Part shown: positions 63,507 to 64,000 of the stretch, one piece after another | How positions within the stretch are numbered: position 1 is the first letter of the stretch | Layout of the letters: the number at the start of each line of letters is the position of its first letter | Source of the DNA: Convolutriloba macropyga | Lineage: Eukaryota | Assembly (NCBI RefSeq): GCF_964194025.1 | Contig: NC_134473.1 | Location: forward strand, 55,738,001 to 55,802,000 | Direction of reading: 5' to 3' | DNA: 64,000 bases | Program-made: the position numbers and the translations under genes | The notes under the pieces: generated by a model | Databases searched by the model: none | What the model was told of the DNA's origin: nothing | Seen by the model: only the letters and a program-made list of their open reading frames with translations

Positions 63507-64000
63507 GACTCTGAAACCAATATAGGAGCTTGAAACAGAAAATTTTGAATTACAAAAGGTCCGCAAAACATCTTTAAAGACAGATTTTAAGTGAACCGCA
63601 TAAATGAAACGCATAAACCAAGATCTGAGGTAATAATTTGTGAAGATATTGCTAGGCAAGGGTTTGCTTTAATGCAATTCATGTGAGCTTCGAACAAAAA
63701 TTTGAAGACAAAACTTTTGAGAACAATTTATTTATTAGGACTGCTATTAGCTCGAATATTGACAGACATTGAACAAAAACCAATAGAACTCATAACATAA
63801 GAATGAACAGCGTGAGATAGCAACACCTCTGATATAAATTGAAAACTCGCTGTGATACAAACAGAAAGGAAGATCAAAACATCTCAGGTGATGGACTGAG
63901 ATAAAAAATAAGTCAGCTGATAAAAAGGTACTTAACAAATAAAAGAAGAGATCTGAATAATATGGCATAGAATGAGCTAAGAGTTTGAATCAGCAAACAG

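Larger units (their letters stand above)
58107..64000 (-). mobile_element. CMC/EnSpm (CACTA) DNA transposon encoding a SET-transposase fusion; the other end lies beyond the window
   Basis: Putative terminus CCCGAGG at 58107, subterminal CCGTACTAAG-type repeats, spliced EnSpm-type transposase. The exact terminus is inferred from one end only. Confidence 0.8.

Noticed and set aside
63507-63659. First 51 codons of the 591-aa ORF
   Set aside because: Starts at TTG and contains an acceptor (TTTCAG) just before the ATG at 63506; probably intron or UTR.

Overview
AT-rich eukaryotic, animal-like genomic DNA with spliceosomal introns, microsatellites and one N-gap; the taxon cannot be fixed from the sequence. 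(1) A ~47-kb minus-strand host gene has a 4.1-kb low-complexity first coding exon (53104-49011), a 404-nt N/Q-rich exon missed by the ORF track (40606-40203), a 75-nt exon (17031-16957) and a terminal exon (6211-5966). Between them are about ten 3-69-nt candidate microexons whose phases chain into one stop-free frame. Two of these sit in paralogous hairpins and three share a motif complementary to one upstream site. (2) Intronic transposable elements: a complete Gag-only LTR element (19131-21600), a decayed Gypsy element with both LTRs (30796-34827), a truncated CR1/L2-type LINE, EnSpm-type MITEs and tRNA-derived remnants. (3) Top finding: a CMC/EnSpm (CACTA) DNA transposon at the right end. 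Its spliced ~976-aa transposase carries an in-frame N-terminal Suv4-20/KMT5B-like (H4K20) SET domain, next to a ~174-bp dimeric tandem array and a CCC terminus with subterminal repeats. All calls were made by eye; no searches or folding programs were run.
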